Assembly: GCF_036365525.1 (NCBI RefSeq)
Contig: NC_090393.1
Span: 55,938,335 to 56,002,334 of the forward strand
Direction: 5' to 3'
From: Heterodontus francisci
Lineage: Eukaryota
DNA length: 64,000 nucleotides
The position numbers and the translations under genes were made by a program. How positions within the stretch are numbered: the stretch's first letter is position 1; each line of letters starts with the position of its first letter. Shown piece by piece: positions 37,872 through 51,773 of the stretch. The notes under the pieces are model-generated. The model saw only the letters and a list, made by a program, of their open reading frames with translations. It searched no databases and had not been told where the DNA came from.

Positions 37872-39797
37872 ACCAATACTGTTGTACAATTCAACAGCCC
37901 CAACAACCGCTTGCGCACGTAATCACTTCTTTTACGCGTGAGTCCAAACTGTGTCCGCACCTTTTAGTAAATTGTGAGATAAATGCCCCAACGTTTGTTC
38001 ACCTCAGGACTGGATAGATGTTGGGGGTGGCGGGATTGACGGTGGGGGGCGGGGGGGCGGGGGGGGGGGGGTCTTATGATTGTTTTATTTTTATATTTTA
38101 TTGCTGCATTCATAGGTGCTTCACCCTACCACTAGTACCTTTGCGAAATGCACCATTGTACTTTAGATGTGTTTGGATAATACCTTAGTTCTGGCATGAG
38201 TGTGGGAGCCTTACAAAGGTGCCGTCAGGACAGAAGTAAGTGTAAATTCTCAACACTTTTTGTCAGTCCAGAGAGCATTAAGGAAAGATGCTGTGCAAAA
38301 CTGCGCATGACCTAGGAGAAAGGACAAGTTTCAGGTAACATGAGGGATTGAATGGCTTAACAGTTGAAAGCACTGTGATGTTTTTACATCTGAATAACAT
38401 AATTTTTAAGCAAGTGTGAATTTTGAGGCATCGTAAATGCAGGCAGAAAGACACTCGTTGTTGAATACCTGCAGACGAGTCACAAAGTGTTATCTGAAAA
38501 AACTCTTACATTATCTCTAGAGTGAATCTCCGCAACCCTAGTTAGCATCAAGCCATAATCGAAGGTTTCCTTATATCCCGTCCCTTCCCGCTTGACGCAC
38601 CCATTTACAAAATTCTGCCCACTGGACTATTTTTACACAGAGATTATCCAGGTGCCAGTCGGCTTCTCCACGTTGCAAATTCTGGTTACAGAAAGTGACT
38701 TGCGGACCCGATATGCAGAAATTTGGCTGGAAATTAGGTTTAAGGAGCCGAAAAGCAAAGCAGAAGTGAAGTCTGCCTATGACCGGCTGCCATCGCATGT
38801 TACGGAGTGTAAAGAATGTGAGGTTGGTGAAAATCACTTCACAACAATTGTCAGATCAGTGAATCTCCGAATCCAAAATAAACTATGTCTCTTTTGGTCC
38901 TCAAACTTTTTTTGGGGGGCGGGGGGTGGGGGGGGGGGGGATGGGGTGGTGGTGGGGTGGGGGGGGCGGGTGGAGGTGGGGTGGCGCGGTAGGTTAAGCA
39001 CGGACCTGCCATCTAAATCATAAACGTAGACATCGTGCACATTTACATTTCTGAATGGAAAGGTCATCAGTTCAGGGGACTTGAATAAAATTTTGTTCGG
39101 TGATGTGAAGAATGTCACCTTCCTTTTAGCTGAAAGGAAACTTTATAGGTTCAGCTAGATGCCTGTTGAATGTTTCACCGCACGACACCTCCTGACTCTT
39201 CCTGGATTGGGATTAGGTTTATGATTCCTGTTGGAAAAACTGACAGTGTTTCAGGTGGAAACCTCCACCGCCCGCCTACTCACTGCACAGTTGCTGGGTG
39301 TTTCAGGGTTTATTCCTCTCCTGCTGCTAGTTACCGGTCGGTCTGCACCAGAATATCGCTGACACGCTGTCGAGACACCGTCAGCAACTAGGACGGCCAA
39401 CAGCGTGCACCCAACCCACGACATCACAGCATATCGTCGCGTTCACATTATTTCATGGACTCCCTGGGAAGTCTATACGGATCCCCAGTTTGAGAACTTA
39501 TTCATACCACGTCCGCCCATTCACTGTTGAGAACAATGGACCGTCCATTTTTAAAAATCGTCTTATGTTTGTTCACCTTTCTGGTTACAGGATACGATAT
39601 ATTCCGGCCTTAGTCAAGCGTGCGCTGCTTCTTTTGTAACTTCGTCATTGTCCCCATAATCGAAATGTATTGTTCTATTTCTGTTCAGAAAGACGTGTGG
39701 AAAGATTATGCAGGTAAAAGAGGTATAGAAACATGGGACATTTCCCGCACAGGAGGCCATTCGGTCCATCGCGTTTGTGCCAGAAATGTTAACAAAT

Positions 39798-41348
39798 TGT
39801 TATATATGATTGTATTGTTATGCTATCTGTAAAGTGTTAGGAACTAATTAGCTAAGAACTAGTTGTTAGGTGTAAGTGTTCCAGTAGGGGGCCACATTCA
39901 CGCTGCACTGGGGAGTCATGTTATATGTAACACAAGAATCAGGTTCTACAGCACAAAGCATGATGGTTGAAATAAACGGACTGACTCCAGCCTTTTCCAA
40001 AATTAAACTGCGATTCTTTCCAACATCTGGGAACCAGAAACAAAATAAAGACAAAACATGGTGGCAGCGATTGTGAGTAAACCTACAACATTTTTAAAAG
40101 CATCAGATTGAGAAAAGTGACCCAAATTAGTGCCAGAGACAGAGAGAGAGAGAGAGACAGAAAAACTGAGTGACTCATGTGAAAACTCTAAAAAAAAGAT
40201 CAAAATGTCATACAGGACAGGAATGAATGCACTGCTACAGTCCATCACAAATTGGGGAGCTGATGATGTCGTACAGGCATTTGAGAAGTTTAAACAAAAG
40301 TGCAATTTGGCATTCAATAGTTTTCTAAAAGGCACTAGTGAAGAGGAGAGGGTCAGCTATATCCTTCTGTGGGCTGGAGATAAAGGATTAAATTTATTTA
40401 ACAGCTGTGACCTAAGCGAAGAGGATAGCAGAAACCCAGACAACATTTTTGAAAGATTCAACACCCATCTCCAGCCAAAATCAAATAATCGGATATACCA
40501 ATATGAATTTCAAGGCCTCAAACAGGAACTAGGTGGGCCTATTGACAATTTTGCAGTGATTGAAAAATGCAGCCAGAAAATGTAAATTTAAGGACACAGA
40601 TGAACAGCTGATAGATCAGCTCATTTGGGGTTCTGCATATCCTGAAGTACAGAAAGCTCTAATCGGACAGGAAAAACTCACAATATCGCAGGCTGTAGAC
40701 CGTGCCAGAGCACATGAAGCCATGAGCAGACAAATGAAGACTCTGACCTCCCAAATGGCTAGCCTTCAGTTAAGCCAAGAGACAGGCAGCAAGGTCGATT
40801 CAGTGAAACAACAGCTAAAAAATGTACACCAAACAGAGAGAAAGACGTGCAGGAGCTGTGGACAACCACAAGAATTGATAAATAGAAGGAAATGTCTCGC
40901 ATACGGATCAATCTGCAGAGTTTGCGGAAAGACCAATCACTGGGAAAAGATGTGTAGAACAAGGCAAGAAGGTGGTAGATGAATCATCAGAGGCAGAATA
41001 ACAGGGTGAAGGAATAGTGAAAGAAACCAAAACATCCATACCCTGGAAGATAGCGATGGGTTTGAAAACATGTTAGACATAGGAACCATAGAATTGCATG
41101 AAATGTCTGGATGTGACAGTTCCCAGAGAAAAAAATTCACACAACCATTCAGATCAGGAAAAGGCTGGAGTCAGTCTGTTTATTTCAACACCATGCTTTG
41201 TGCTGTAGAACCTGTTACATATAACATGACTCCCCAGTGCAGCTGTGAATGTGGCCCTCTACTGGAACACTTACACATAACAACTAGTTCCTAGCTATTT
41301 AGTTCATAACTCTTTACAGATAATGGAACAATATATACATATATGACA
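39798..41348 (+). mobile_element. Gypsy-derived element: LTR-PBS-gag followed by an inverted partial LTR
   Basis: LTR 39798-40058, PBS TGGTGGCAGCG, gag ORFs 40130-40585 and 40560-40982 (CRVCGKTNHWEKMC); 41157-41348 is the reverse complement of 39798-39998; flanks caaat/cacat. Confidence 0.85.
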
Positions 41349-41929
41349 CACATTTTATGCATTCATTGCATGATCTATATATGTGTCTCCCTCCACTTGC
41401 AATGGTGTTCTTAATCACACCCATTAAGTGTGTGTCTGTGATCATTCGCTCTGTTCTTCCCTTCTGGTCACGGAAATGTCAGATTGCTGTATGGAGAATT
41501 GCTACTTGATTTGTGTCACTTCTTATTCGTGGAATTTTAGGATATATAATTCATCCAACACTCATTATGAAGGGCATTCTGTCTTACAAGCAGTTACTAG
41601 AAGAAATGCATATGGTATCAAGAACAGACTGCTGGCATGAGTTCCAAAATCTTGCCTTGGTTAGCTGTCATTTCATGGATTCCACAAATGTACCTACCGA
41701 CAAAAGAAATGTCTTCTACAATGAGTGAAATCCTTACAGTGGAGTTGCACTCTTATTTCTAAAATAACCTATGCCCAGTTGCAGCCCTTCTTAGATGGTA
41801 GGCACGGTTGCTGACAGGCAACAATAAACGCTTTGTCGATCAAAGACTCTGTTGTTCTGTCTCCTGGTCAACAAGGTTTCAACTTTACATGACTGTGCAT
41901 TTATAGATCTATATAGATCTCAGGTTCAA

Positions 41930-44900
41930 TGAAGTGTGCAGGAGAGTATGCCAGGGGTAGCACCAGGTATACCTAAAAATGAGATGCCAGTCTGGTGATG
42001 CGACAACACAGGACTAATTGCATGATAAACAGTGGAAGCAGCATGCGATAGGCAGCACAAAATGATCCCACAACCAACAGATCACATCTAAGATCTGCAG
42101 TCCTGTCACTATCCAGGCGTGAATGGTGGTGGACAATTAAACAACTAAAAGGAGGAGGAGGCTCCACAAATAGCTCCATCCTCAATAATGGGGGAACCCA
42201 GAATATCAGTGCACAAGACAAGACTGAAGCACTTGCAATCATCTTCAGCCAGAAGTGCTGAGTGGATGATCCATCGTGGCCTGCTCCTGAGGACCCCAGC
42301 ATCATAGATGTCAGTCTTCAGCCAATCCGAGTCACTCCACGTGATATCAAGAAATGGCTGAAGCCACTAGATACTGCAAAGGCTATGGGCCCTGACAACA
42401 TTCCGGCAACAGTGCTGAAGACTTGTGCTACAACTAGTTTCAGTATAGCTACAATGCTGTCATCTAAAAGCAGGGCAAATCCAACCTGGCCAATTACCGC
42501 CCTATCAGTCTATTCTCGATCATCAGCAAAGTGATGGAAGGAGTTGTTGACAGTAAAGGCCTGCTACCCGACCCGAACCCGACGGTTGGAGCAGGAAAGT
42601 CGACATTCTTACTGATTTCAATGATTGCCTGATCTGTGTGTGTTGGCAGGAGGGGGTATCCACAGCGCAGCAGGTGGTGAAGCACCATGTGGCTGACCAC
42701 AACCTCAAGATTTCCCTCCTAATCTGTGTATGCCGAAGATGCGGTCAGTTTCAGAAAGTAATGATGGTGAATACCGACAGTTTTCTACTGCTCTCCCCGC
42801 AACACCATCCCTCACCAACCCCCCACCACCACCACCCCACCCCCCACCCCCCAACCGCAAAATTCAGGAATGCAAAAAGAAATGAAGGACTTCACACTAG
42901 CATTAATTAAAGGAATCATGAGGAACAAAAAGTTGCAAATACATTACTCGGTGTTGTCTATAGGCAACTAGTGGGAAAGATGTAGAGGGTCAAATTTGCA
43001 AGGAAATACAGAGAGGCGCAGGAATTATAAAGACGTTATAATGGAGGACTTTAATTATCTGAATATAGACTGGGATAGTAGTAGAGAAAAGGGCAGGGGG
43101 GTGGGGGGGCAGAAGTTGCTAGAGTGTGTTAAGGCGAATTTTCGACAGCAGTATGTTTCCAGTCCAGCGAAAAAGGAAGCACTGCTAGACCTGGTTCTTG
43201 GGAATTATGTGGGCCAGCTGGATTCAGTATCAGTAGGGGAACATTTATGGGACAGTGATCATTGTATCATGAGGTTTAGGTTGGCTGTATAAAAGAACAA
43301 GGAACAATCAAGAGCAAGAATAATTAACTTGGGGAAGCCAACTTCAATGGGGTAAGAATGGATCTCACCCAGATAAATTGGAATCAAAGCTTGGCAGGAA
43401 AAACAGTAACTCAGATGATTGACCGCCAACAACCACAACCATCTTCCTTTGTGTTAGGTATGACTCCAACCAGCGGAGAGTTTTCCCCCGACTCCCATTA
43501 ACTTCAGTTTTTTTAGGGCTCCTTGATGCCATACTCGATCAAATGCTGCCTTGATGTCAAGGGCATCTCACCTCACCTCTTGAGTTCAGCTCTTTTACCA
43601 TGTTTGAACCAAGGCTGTAATGAGGTAAGGAGCTGAGTGGCAGAACCCAAATTGAGAGTCACTGAGCAGGTTATTGCTAAGCAAGTGCCGCTTGATAGCA
43701 CTGTTGATGACACCTTCCATTACTTTACTGATGATTGATAGTAGGCAGATGGGGTGGTAATTGGCCAGGTTGGACTTGTCCTGCTTTTTGTGTACAGGAC
43801 ATACCTGGGCAATTTTCCACATTGCAGGGTAGATGTCAGTGTTGTAGCTGTACTGGCACAGCTTGGCTAGGAGCGCAGCAAGTTCTGGAGCGCAGGTCTT
43901 CAGTTCTATTGTTGGAATATTGTCAGGGCCCATAGCCTTTCCAGTGTCCAGTGCCTTCAGTCGTTTCTTGATATCACGTGAAGTGAATTGAATTGGCTGA
44001 AGTCTGGCACCTGTGCCTGTCAAGGTGACTAGATCTTAACTTTTATGCATCTGGCTCCATCCAATCTGTTGCTGGAGATACCTGCAACATCTCACATTTA
44101 GCACTGTAAGGCAAGGGGCATTACTGAGGCATTCTATCCACAGAGAATCAGCTTAATCACATTCCCTCTTTCCTGAGACAGGCAGGCAGAGCGAGTACAA
44201 GGCTTGGATGGACCACAGGCCTCCCCATGGTGCATGGTGCCATTGGCAGCATACACATTAACTTGCATATGACTCATGTGAACTCAACAATTTCAATGAG
44301 TATAGGCCCAACCTGTTCAACCTTTCTTCATAAGATAAGCCCTTCATCCCCGGAATTAGTCGAGTGAGCCTTCTCAACGACTTCTAACGTAATTATAAAC
44401 TTTTTTTCAAATAAGGAGACTAAAACGTCCCTACTTTTATAATAAAAACAAAAATTGCTGGAAATACTCAGCAGGTCTGGCAGCATATGTGGAATGAAAC
44501 AGAGTTAACGATTCAGGTCTGCGACTTCACATCAGAACTAATGAAAGGCCACAGATCTGAAACGTTAACTCCGCTTCTCTCTCCATAGATGCTGCCAGAC
44601 CTGCTGAGTATTTCCAGCATTTTTTGTTTTTATTTCAGGTTTCCAGAATCTGCAGTGTTTTGCTTTTATTTTCTACTTTTATACTCGATTCCCCTTGCAA
44701 TAAATGCCAACATTTCATTTGCCTTCCTAATCACTTGTTGTAGCTACATACTAATATTTTGTGATTCATGTACCCAGTACGCCCTGATCCCACTGTACCA
44801 CCCAGTTCTGCAATCTCTCTATTTAAATAGTGTGCAGACGTTCTATTCTTCCTGCCAAAGTAGACAAGTTCACATTTTCCCACATTATATTCCATCTCCC

Positions 44901-45600
44901 AAATTTTTACTCACTCACTTAACTTATCTATATCCCTTTGTAGACTCTTTATCTCTCCTTGACAACTTACTTTCCTTCCTATCTTGGTGTCATCAGCAAA
45001 TTTAGCGATCATATCCTGCATCCAAGTCATAGATAAAAATTGTGAATAGATGAGGCCCCAGCACTTATGCCTGTGGCACTCCACTAGTTACAGCTTGCCA
45101 ACCCAAAAATGACCCATTTATCCCTACTCTCTGCTTCCTGTTAGCTAACCAGTCCTTTATTCATGTTACCCCCTACACCATGTGCTCTTATCTGATGTAG
45201 TAAACTTTGATGTGTCACCCTATCAAATGTCTTTTGGAAATCTAAGTACACCACATCTACAGGTTCCCCTTTATCCACTTTGCTTGTTAATTCTAAAAGA
45301 GCCCTAATAAATTAGTTTAACATGATTTCCCTATCAGAAAACCATGTTGACGCCGTCTGATCACATTAGTATCTAAGTATCTAAGTATCCTGCTATAACC
45401 TCCTTAACAATAGATTCTAGTAATTTCTCTATGACAGATGTTAGGCCACCTGGCCTACAGTTTCTTCCTTTCTGGCTTCCTCCTTTCTTGAATAAAGGTG
45501 TTACATTTGCTATTTTCCAATCTGCTGGGATCCTTCAAAATCTAAGGAATTTTGTAACCAAAGCTTCTACTATCTCGGCAGCCACTTCTTCTAAGATCCT
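41930..45600. mobile_element. Cluster of LINE fragments (CR1/L2 group, both strands) and a palindromic Penelope fragment
   Basis: KAMGPDNIPATVLKTCA (+, 42262-42534) and the same family on the minus strand (43595-44023); CR1 APE DFNYLNIDW...DSDH (42996-43292); CR1 minus 44290-45600 interrupted by a fold-back repeat at 44441-44672. Confidence 0.75.
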
Positions 45601-46912
45601 GAGAATAATTGAAAGATCTTTCTCTTCTTCAGTGCATAGTTGGTATCTGACCTTAGGAAGGGCATCGTGCAGGTGAACTCTTGTTATCCAGCAGCCTTCA
45701 TGATTCTTTCATTCTGCAGCAGTCCACAGTACCACCATATTTGGCCCACCATGGCACGGCAAAGGCTGGCTACTGGGTGATACCAGTAACCTTCACCGGA
45801 TCTCCTGATCACCAACAGTCTCCCACTCCCACCTTTCCTATATCACTATTCCTATAGCCATCACATCACCCTCTTTCTGGCAACACAGAAATAAAAAAAC
45901 ACCAAAAATACACATTCCAATCTAATTTTATACTTTCAATCATAATGTACAAAATATGATGTATGAAATAAACTAATCACCCTGTCTATTTCCTTAGCAT
46001 CTGTCTCCCATGTGCCTTTGCTTATCCTCGTGCTCCTACGAAGTGTTTCCCACTCACTGCAGCATGGCTGATGGAAAGTTGTAGAACCTGAGCATAGAAG
46101 ACTGCAGATAGCCTTGTGGATGACTTCGAGCTGTTCTGGCCTCAGACTGTCCCATCTCGACATGGGCTGCAACAGTCTGGGCGGGCTGGCTGGCAGATAA
46201 CACTAAATACACCAAAGGTACTAGCAGAGTGGAAGGTGGGAGCAGGAATGCTGTCATCCTGACAGAAAATAGTAGGTTGTTCTTCAATGGAGCCCGGAGT
46301 GGTGCCTCTGCAATCCTACTGATCCATTAGAGAGCAGATTGATGGACTGCAGTGATACCCTGAAGTCACTTAGAACGGTGGTATCCAAAGCTATGATGGC
46401 AGCAGTTTGAGCTTTCTTTATTCATGGCATGCGCGCATCACTGGCAAATCCAGCATTTATTGCCCAAACCTAAATGCCCTTGAGAAGATGGTGGTTAGCT
46501 GTCTTTTTGAACCACTAGAGGTGGTGTGGTGATGGTACACCAACCGTGCTGTTAGGTAGGAAGTACCAGGATTATATCCCAGCAAGGATGAAAGAAAGTG
46601 AAATATTTCAAAGCCAGGAGTAGTGTGTGACTTGGAAGTGATGTTGCCCCCATATATCTGCTATCCTTGTCCATGTTGATGGCAGAGGTCAGGGATTTGG
46701 ATGTCTTTATGTGTTGCTGCAGTGCATCATTCCGGGTTCCGTGGAAGAACAACCTACTATTTTCTCTCAGGATGACAGTATTCCAGCTCCCACCTTCCAC
46801 TCTGCTACAGTCTATCCTGTGTATAGAACACATGGCAATCAATTGTCTATTCATTCGGAATGCTTTGAGCAGGTTTTGTTTATTAATTTTGAAAATTCAA
46901 TTTAATTCGCAG

Positions 46913-46993
46913 ACGTAAAGGTATCCGTTCATATTAAAGAACAACGGGATTCAGTCGGAAACAACATTGGAACTGGCAAATTTCCGAATTCTG
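46913..46993 (+). CDS. Type II membrane gene, exon 3: juxtamembrane stalk
   Basis: ttcgcAG; (Y)VKVSVHIKEQRDSVGNNIGTGKFPNS; G|GTAAGA; 81 nt, phase 1-1; YVKVS continues the TM exon naturally. Confidence 0.72.
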
Positions 46994-47346
46994 GTAAGAA
47001 AACAGCCACCATAGTATAAAGAGCAGAACAGTTATTTTCCAGATACTACACTTGGAGTTTCAAATCTCAAGGAAATTCAATGCATTTTACTCCAGTTGAA
47101 CAGAAGGCACCAGAAAGTCTCGAAAATCGTTATGTTGTTGATCCGTCTTTCGTTCTTAAAATTATTTTTGTGAGGATTAAGAAGCTAATATTTATATATT
47201 CTTTAACATCGCTTCACTAATCATAAATTGATTTTGTTGTGTTTCCACTTGGAATGAATAACTTCAAAAGACTTTTCTCGTGCAAACTGTCATTTAAATC
47301 ACACAGTGAATAGAACAAGAAGTCTACTTTGTGTTACTCTTTCAAG

Positions 47347-48204
47347 TATTACAACCACGTCAGAAAGGTGTCTAGGGGTCCCTTTCAGTCTTCGCCTGGT
47401 CTTACTCTAACAGGGTTTTATTTTTAAACACACTGTGTTTTGAACTCCCCCTTGGTGAAGCCTTATTCACTGCTTTCCAATTATAAGGTAAATAAATGAG
47501 CACAAACAGGTTTTCTTCGGTTTAAAGAAGAAAGGTGAAATTTATTAAAACTTAAACTTAAACTCTAATTCGGTTGACGCCTACGGATACACGATGCTCT
47601 CCCAAGTCAGCATGCATATGTGATACACACATGAAAATAGAGATAGAAAAGAGCAGAAGAACGATAAAGTGGAGAGGCTTGAGGCAATATCTGAAGAACT
47701 TATTATGGTTCTTCGAGCTCACTGTAGAGTCCTTGCTTGTAGGTAATTCTTACTTTTCATTGGGCCCAGTATTCTTCTTAAACCTTGTTCACTGTATGAC
47801 ACTTTTCTCTGTTGGGGTTCATGTGTCTTCAATGGATTCCAAAGCTGATGAGAAAGAGATGGGGGCAGACAGGAGAGAGATGTCTTCAATCCAGGAGCCA
47901 GGCGCTTTCTGACTTCAAATGCTGTTTTCTTCATTTAAACCTCTCAGTTCAAAACTCTGCAACAGCCAGTTAGTCATGTGACTAAACTGGTCTGAGCACA
48001 TCCCTTCTGTGTATTGAATGGGAGCAGGGACTGGTTCCTTTGTTCCAACACTGTCTGCTTGGTATGCAAAAATGTCTTTCCGGCCAGAGGCCTGGCAATT
48101 CCTTGTAATAGGCCATCTTTTCTTCCCACCAACTATTTGAAGTTTAATGTCCATCGGGCGAAATTAATGTGTCTCATGCTTGGCAGGTGGGGGCTTGCAT
48201 GACA
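47347..48204. repeat. Solo LTR, same family as 36816-37871
   Basis: Extensive collinear similarity (gtctagggg...ccctttcag...ttggcaggtggggg...gcatgaca). Confidence 0.75.
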
Positions 48205-48379
48205 CAGTTTACGGCTAAATTAACGAATTAGAAGGTGGTTCTCAACTGCACGGAATTTTCATTTCAATTCCCATATAAACATTTTGAAACTATTTCTTCA
48301 CATTGAAGTTGTCAATGGATATTTTGTAAATGTTCTATGTAATGCAGCACGTAACATGGAATTTTAGCTTTCTAAAATG

Positions 48380-50480
48380 ATATAGCAGAGAACGAGGTCC
48401 AATCGACTCATCGTGCCTCTGTCGGCGCACTGGTGCAACTAGACCACTAGTCTCACGCAACCCGCCACTTCCACCACCGCCCCCCCCACCCCCACCCTCC
48501 CACTCCCATTCATTCTCTATAGCCCTGCATTTTTCTGTTGAAATATCCAATAACCTGTTGAAAGTTATGACTGAATTTGCTTCCGCCACACTTTCAAGCA
48601 ATATATTCCAGGTCACAGCAACTCGTTAAGTAATAAAATGTTTCTGCAAGTCACCTGGTTCTTTTGCTAATTGCCTTAGCTCTGTGTCCCCTGGTTACCC
48701 ATCCTTCTGTCACTACAAATAGTTTGTCCTTATTTATTCCATCAAAACTGTTCATGATTTTGATCACCTCTATCAAATCCCCTCTTAAACTTTTCGATTC
48801 CAAGGAGAAAAACTCAGCTTCTCCAGTCTCTCCACATAACTGAAGTCACTCATCCGTGGCACCATTCCAGTAAATCTCATCTGCACCCTTGACAATACAT
48901 CAGCTGAGTTTTAATACAACCTTTTTGCTTTTCTTCGCCATGCCAGTAATAATAAGTCCAACGACCCCATAAGCTTTTTCAGTAGCATTTTGGACTTGAA
49001 TTGTCACCTTCAAGATTTGTATACACAAACCCTAGGTTTTTCTTTTCCTGCACCCCGTTAAAATTGTATTATTTAGTTTATATTGCCTCTCCTCATTCTT
49101 TATACCAAAACGCATCACTTCACATTCCTCTGTACTAAATCTCATTTGCCATGTGTCATCCCATTTCACTACTCTGCCAATTTCTTCCTGAGGTCTAATA
49201 CTATCCTCCTCATTGTTTACTACATTTTGGAGTTTTGTGTCATCTACAGGTCATCATTATCTATCAGAAAGATTAATGGTGATAATACTGACCCCTGGGA
49301 TAGAACACTGTATACATCCCTCCAGCCTGAAAAACAACCATTCACCACTGCTGTCTGCTTTCTATCCCTCAGTCAAGTTTGTATCCAGTATCTAAATATT
49401 GGTGAGAATGATGGTTCCTCTGGGGAGTGCAGCCTCAACCAAGCCCAAGGCACCACGCTGGCTCAGCTGTACAGAGCAGCAGCAGGAAGATTGGGAAAGC
49501 AATAGTGATAGGAGATTCTATGGTTAGGTGCATAGACAAGCGTTTCTGCGGCTGCAGACGTGAATTGAGGATAGGATGTTACCTCCCTGGTGCCAAGATC
49601 AAGGATGTCACTGAGCAGCTGCAGAGGACACTGAGGGGGGTGGGGGGTGGTGAACAGTCAGCTGTCGTGGTCTGTATCAGTGCCAACTACAGAGGTAGAA
49701 AGAGGGATGAGGTCCTGCAGGCAGATTTCAGGGAGCTAGGAGAGAAACTAGCTAGCAAATTCAAAGGTTTTAATCTCCGGATTATTCCATGAGCCACGCA
49801 TGAGTGAGCATAGAAATCAGAGGACAGAGAAGATGAATACATTGCTGAAAAGATGGAGCAGGAGGGAGAGATTTAGATTAATGGGACATTGGGACCAGAT
49901 CTGGGGGAGATGGGAGCTATACAAGCCAGAGGAGTTGCACCTGAACAAAACCGAGATCAATGTGTTTGCAGGGTGATTTGTTGGTGCTACTGGAGAGGGT
50001 TTAAACTAACATGGCGGGGGGGGGGGGGGGGGGGGGTCATGTCCTGGTTTGCATGATGTAATGAGTTGTGTGCCTCAAGGATCAATGCTGGGGCCTCAAC
50101 CTTTTACAATTAATAAATGAATAATGATCAGAGAACTAGAAATGACTTGGATGAAGGGACCGAAGGTATGGTTGCTAAATTTGCTGACGATACAAAGATA
50201 GGTAGGAAAGTAAGCTGTGAGGAGGACATAAGAAGGCTACAAAGGGATATAGATAGGTTAAGTAAATGCGCAAAGATCTGTCAAATAGAGTATAATGTGG
50301 GAAAATGTGAAATTGTCCATTTTGTCAGCAAGAATAAAAAATACACATATTATCTATTTGGTCAGAGATTGCAAAACTCTGAGATGCAGCGGGATATGGG
50401 TATCCTAGTGCCTGAATCGCAAAAAGATTAGTATGCAGGTACAGCAAGTAATTAAGAAAGCTACGAGAATGTTATCATTT
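48380..50480. mobile_element. CR1 fragments, including an ORF1 SGNH-esterase-like segment
   Basis: Minus-strand CR1 3' part 48380-49390; AIVIGDSMVR...LPGAKIKDV (49427-49792); KFADDTKIG (50117-50431). Confidence 0.75.
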
Positions 50481-51037
50481 ATAGGGGATGTGGAGAAAGG
50501 GTTTTGCAATCCGGTAGGAAGCGCGAGATTGCGGAGCTGTGAATTGAGGATGCGGGGTTGGGGAGAGATGGAGACTGTTGTTCAAGGGATGGGTGCATAA
50601 GGTGACACAGAACGTCGAGGGATAGGCGAGAGAGGGAGACGGGGGTGGGGGGGGGGGGGTTGAGGGGTGGGGGTTCGGTGAATGGGGTGGAAAAGAATGG
50701 ATGGGTGACGCGGGATAAGGTTCAGAAGAAGAGAGGGAGATTGGGGAATGGAGATCAGGGAGATAGGGAGGCGGGTGGAGACAGCCATCACTTATCCATG
50801 AATTAACTAAACACTTTTGTGGAAATGGTCAAAGAAGTATATGATTTGCTCCTAGTGCTCTGTGGCTATACTTCGGACATCACACAAGGTGTTAAAATGA
50901 AAAAAAGTGGAAGAACGTTATTCATCTTATGCTATGGAGCCAGGAAGGTGTAAGCACATGCTAGTTTGCAAACTTCCCATATACCATTTTTGAAGCAAGT
51001 GAGAAACTATTCTAGAATCCAACAATGTTGATAACAA

Positions 51038-51773
51038 TTAGAACCACTGTATTCTACATAATTTAACAATATGCAGGAAGAACTATTTCGTCAGAGGATC
51101 ATAAAGGCCATTTGCAACAGTGCGAAATGAAAAGTAGCAAGAAGAGGAACATGAAAAGGGAGAGACGGATGCACAGCTTAGAAACTGGTAGAGAAATCGC
51201 TGACTCACAGGTCTTTCACTGAGCATGTGTACAAGGGTATTATGTCAGTTGTCCAACTGTGGTCAAACATACTGTGCAGTGTTTTATTGGCTACAGAATA
51301 AAGTCATTGTTTACCATCATGACCTACCGCTAGAGACCACAAGTGGTCCCTTTACTATCCCTTTCTTGCTTGCTTCACGTTGCCTCCGAGAGCAGAGATC
51401 CTCTTTACCCTCAAAATATACACGTTCCACTGTTGCAGCTCTGTCAGCAACATATTCAGCATTTCATCACAGGGAGCAATTCTAGCGCTTGGTATTTAGC
51501 GACACATCACGTTCTTTCCAGCAACCAGACAGCACAATCACCGATAATTGAAAGGAGCAACAGCCCTTTATGTGCTGCTGCCTCCATCCTGCAGCCGCTT
51601 GCAGCTGTAGCTCTTCCTCCTTTAGAACCACTGTATTCTACATAATTTAACAATATGCAGGAAGAGCTATGTCGTCAGAGGATCATAAAGGCCATTTGCA
51701 ACAGTGCGAAATGAAGAGTAGCAAGAAGAGGAACATGAAAAGGGAGAGACGGATGTACAGCTCAGAAACTGGT
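51038..51773 (+). repeat. 152-bp direct repeat pair (51038-51189 and 51622-51773)
   Basis: Near-identical ttagaaccactgtattctacataat...gaaactggt copies 584 bp apart. Confidence 0.9.

Noticed and set aside
39689-39713. AG...GT-bounded 25-nt micro-exon
   Set aside because: Not frame-preserving, and it creates TAA when joined to exon 2.
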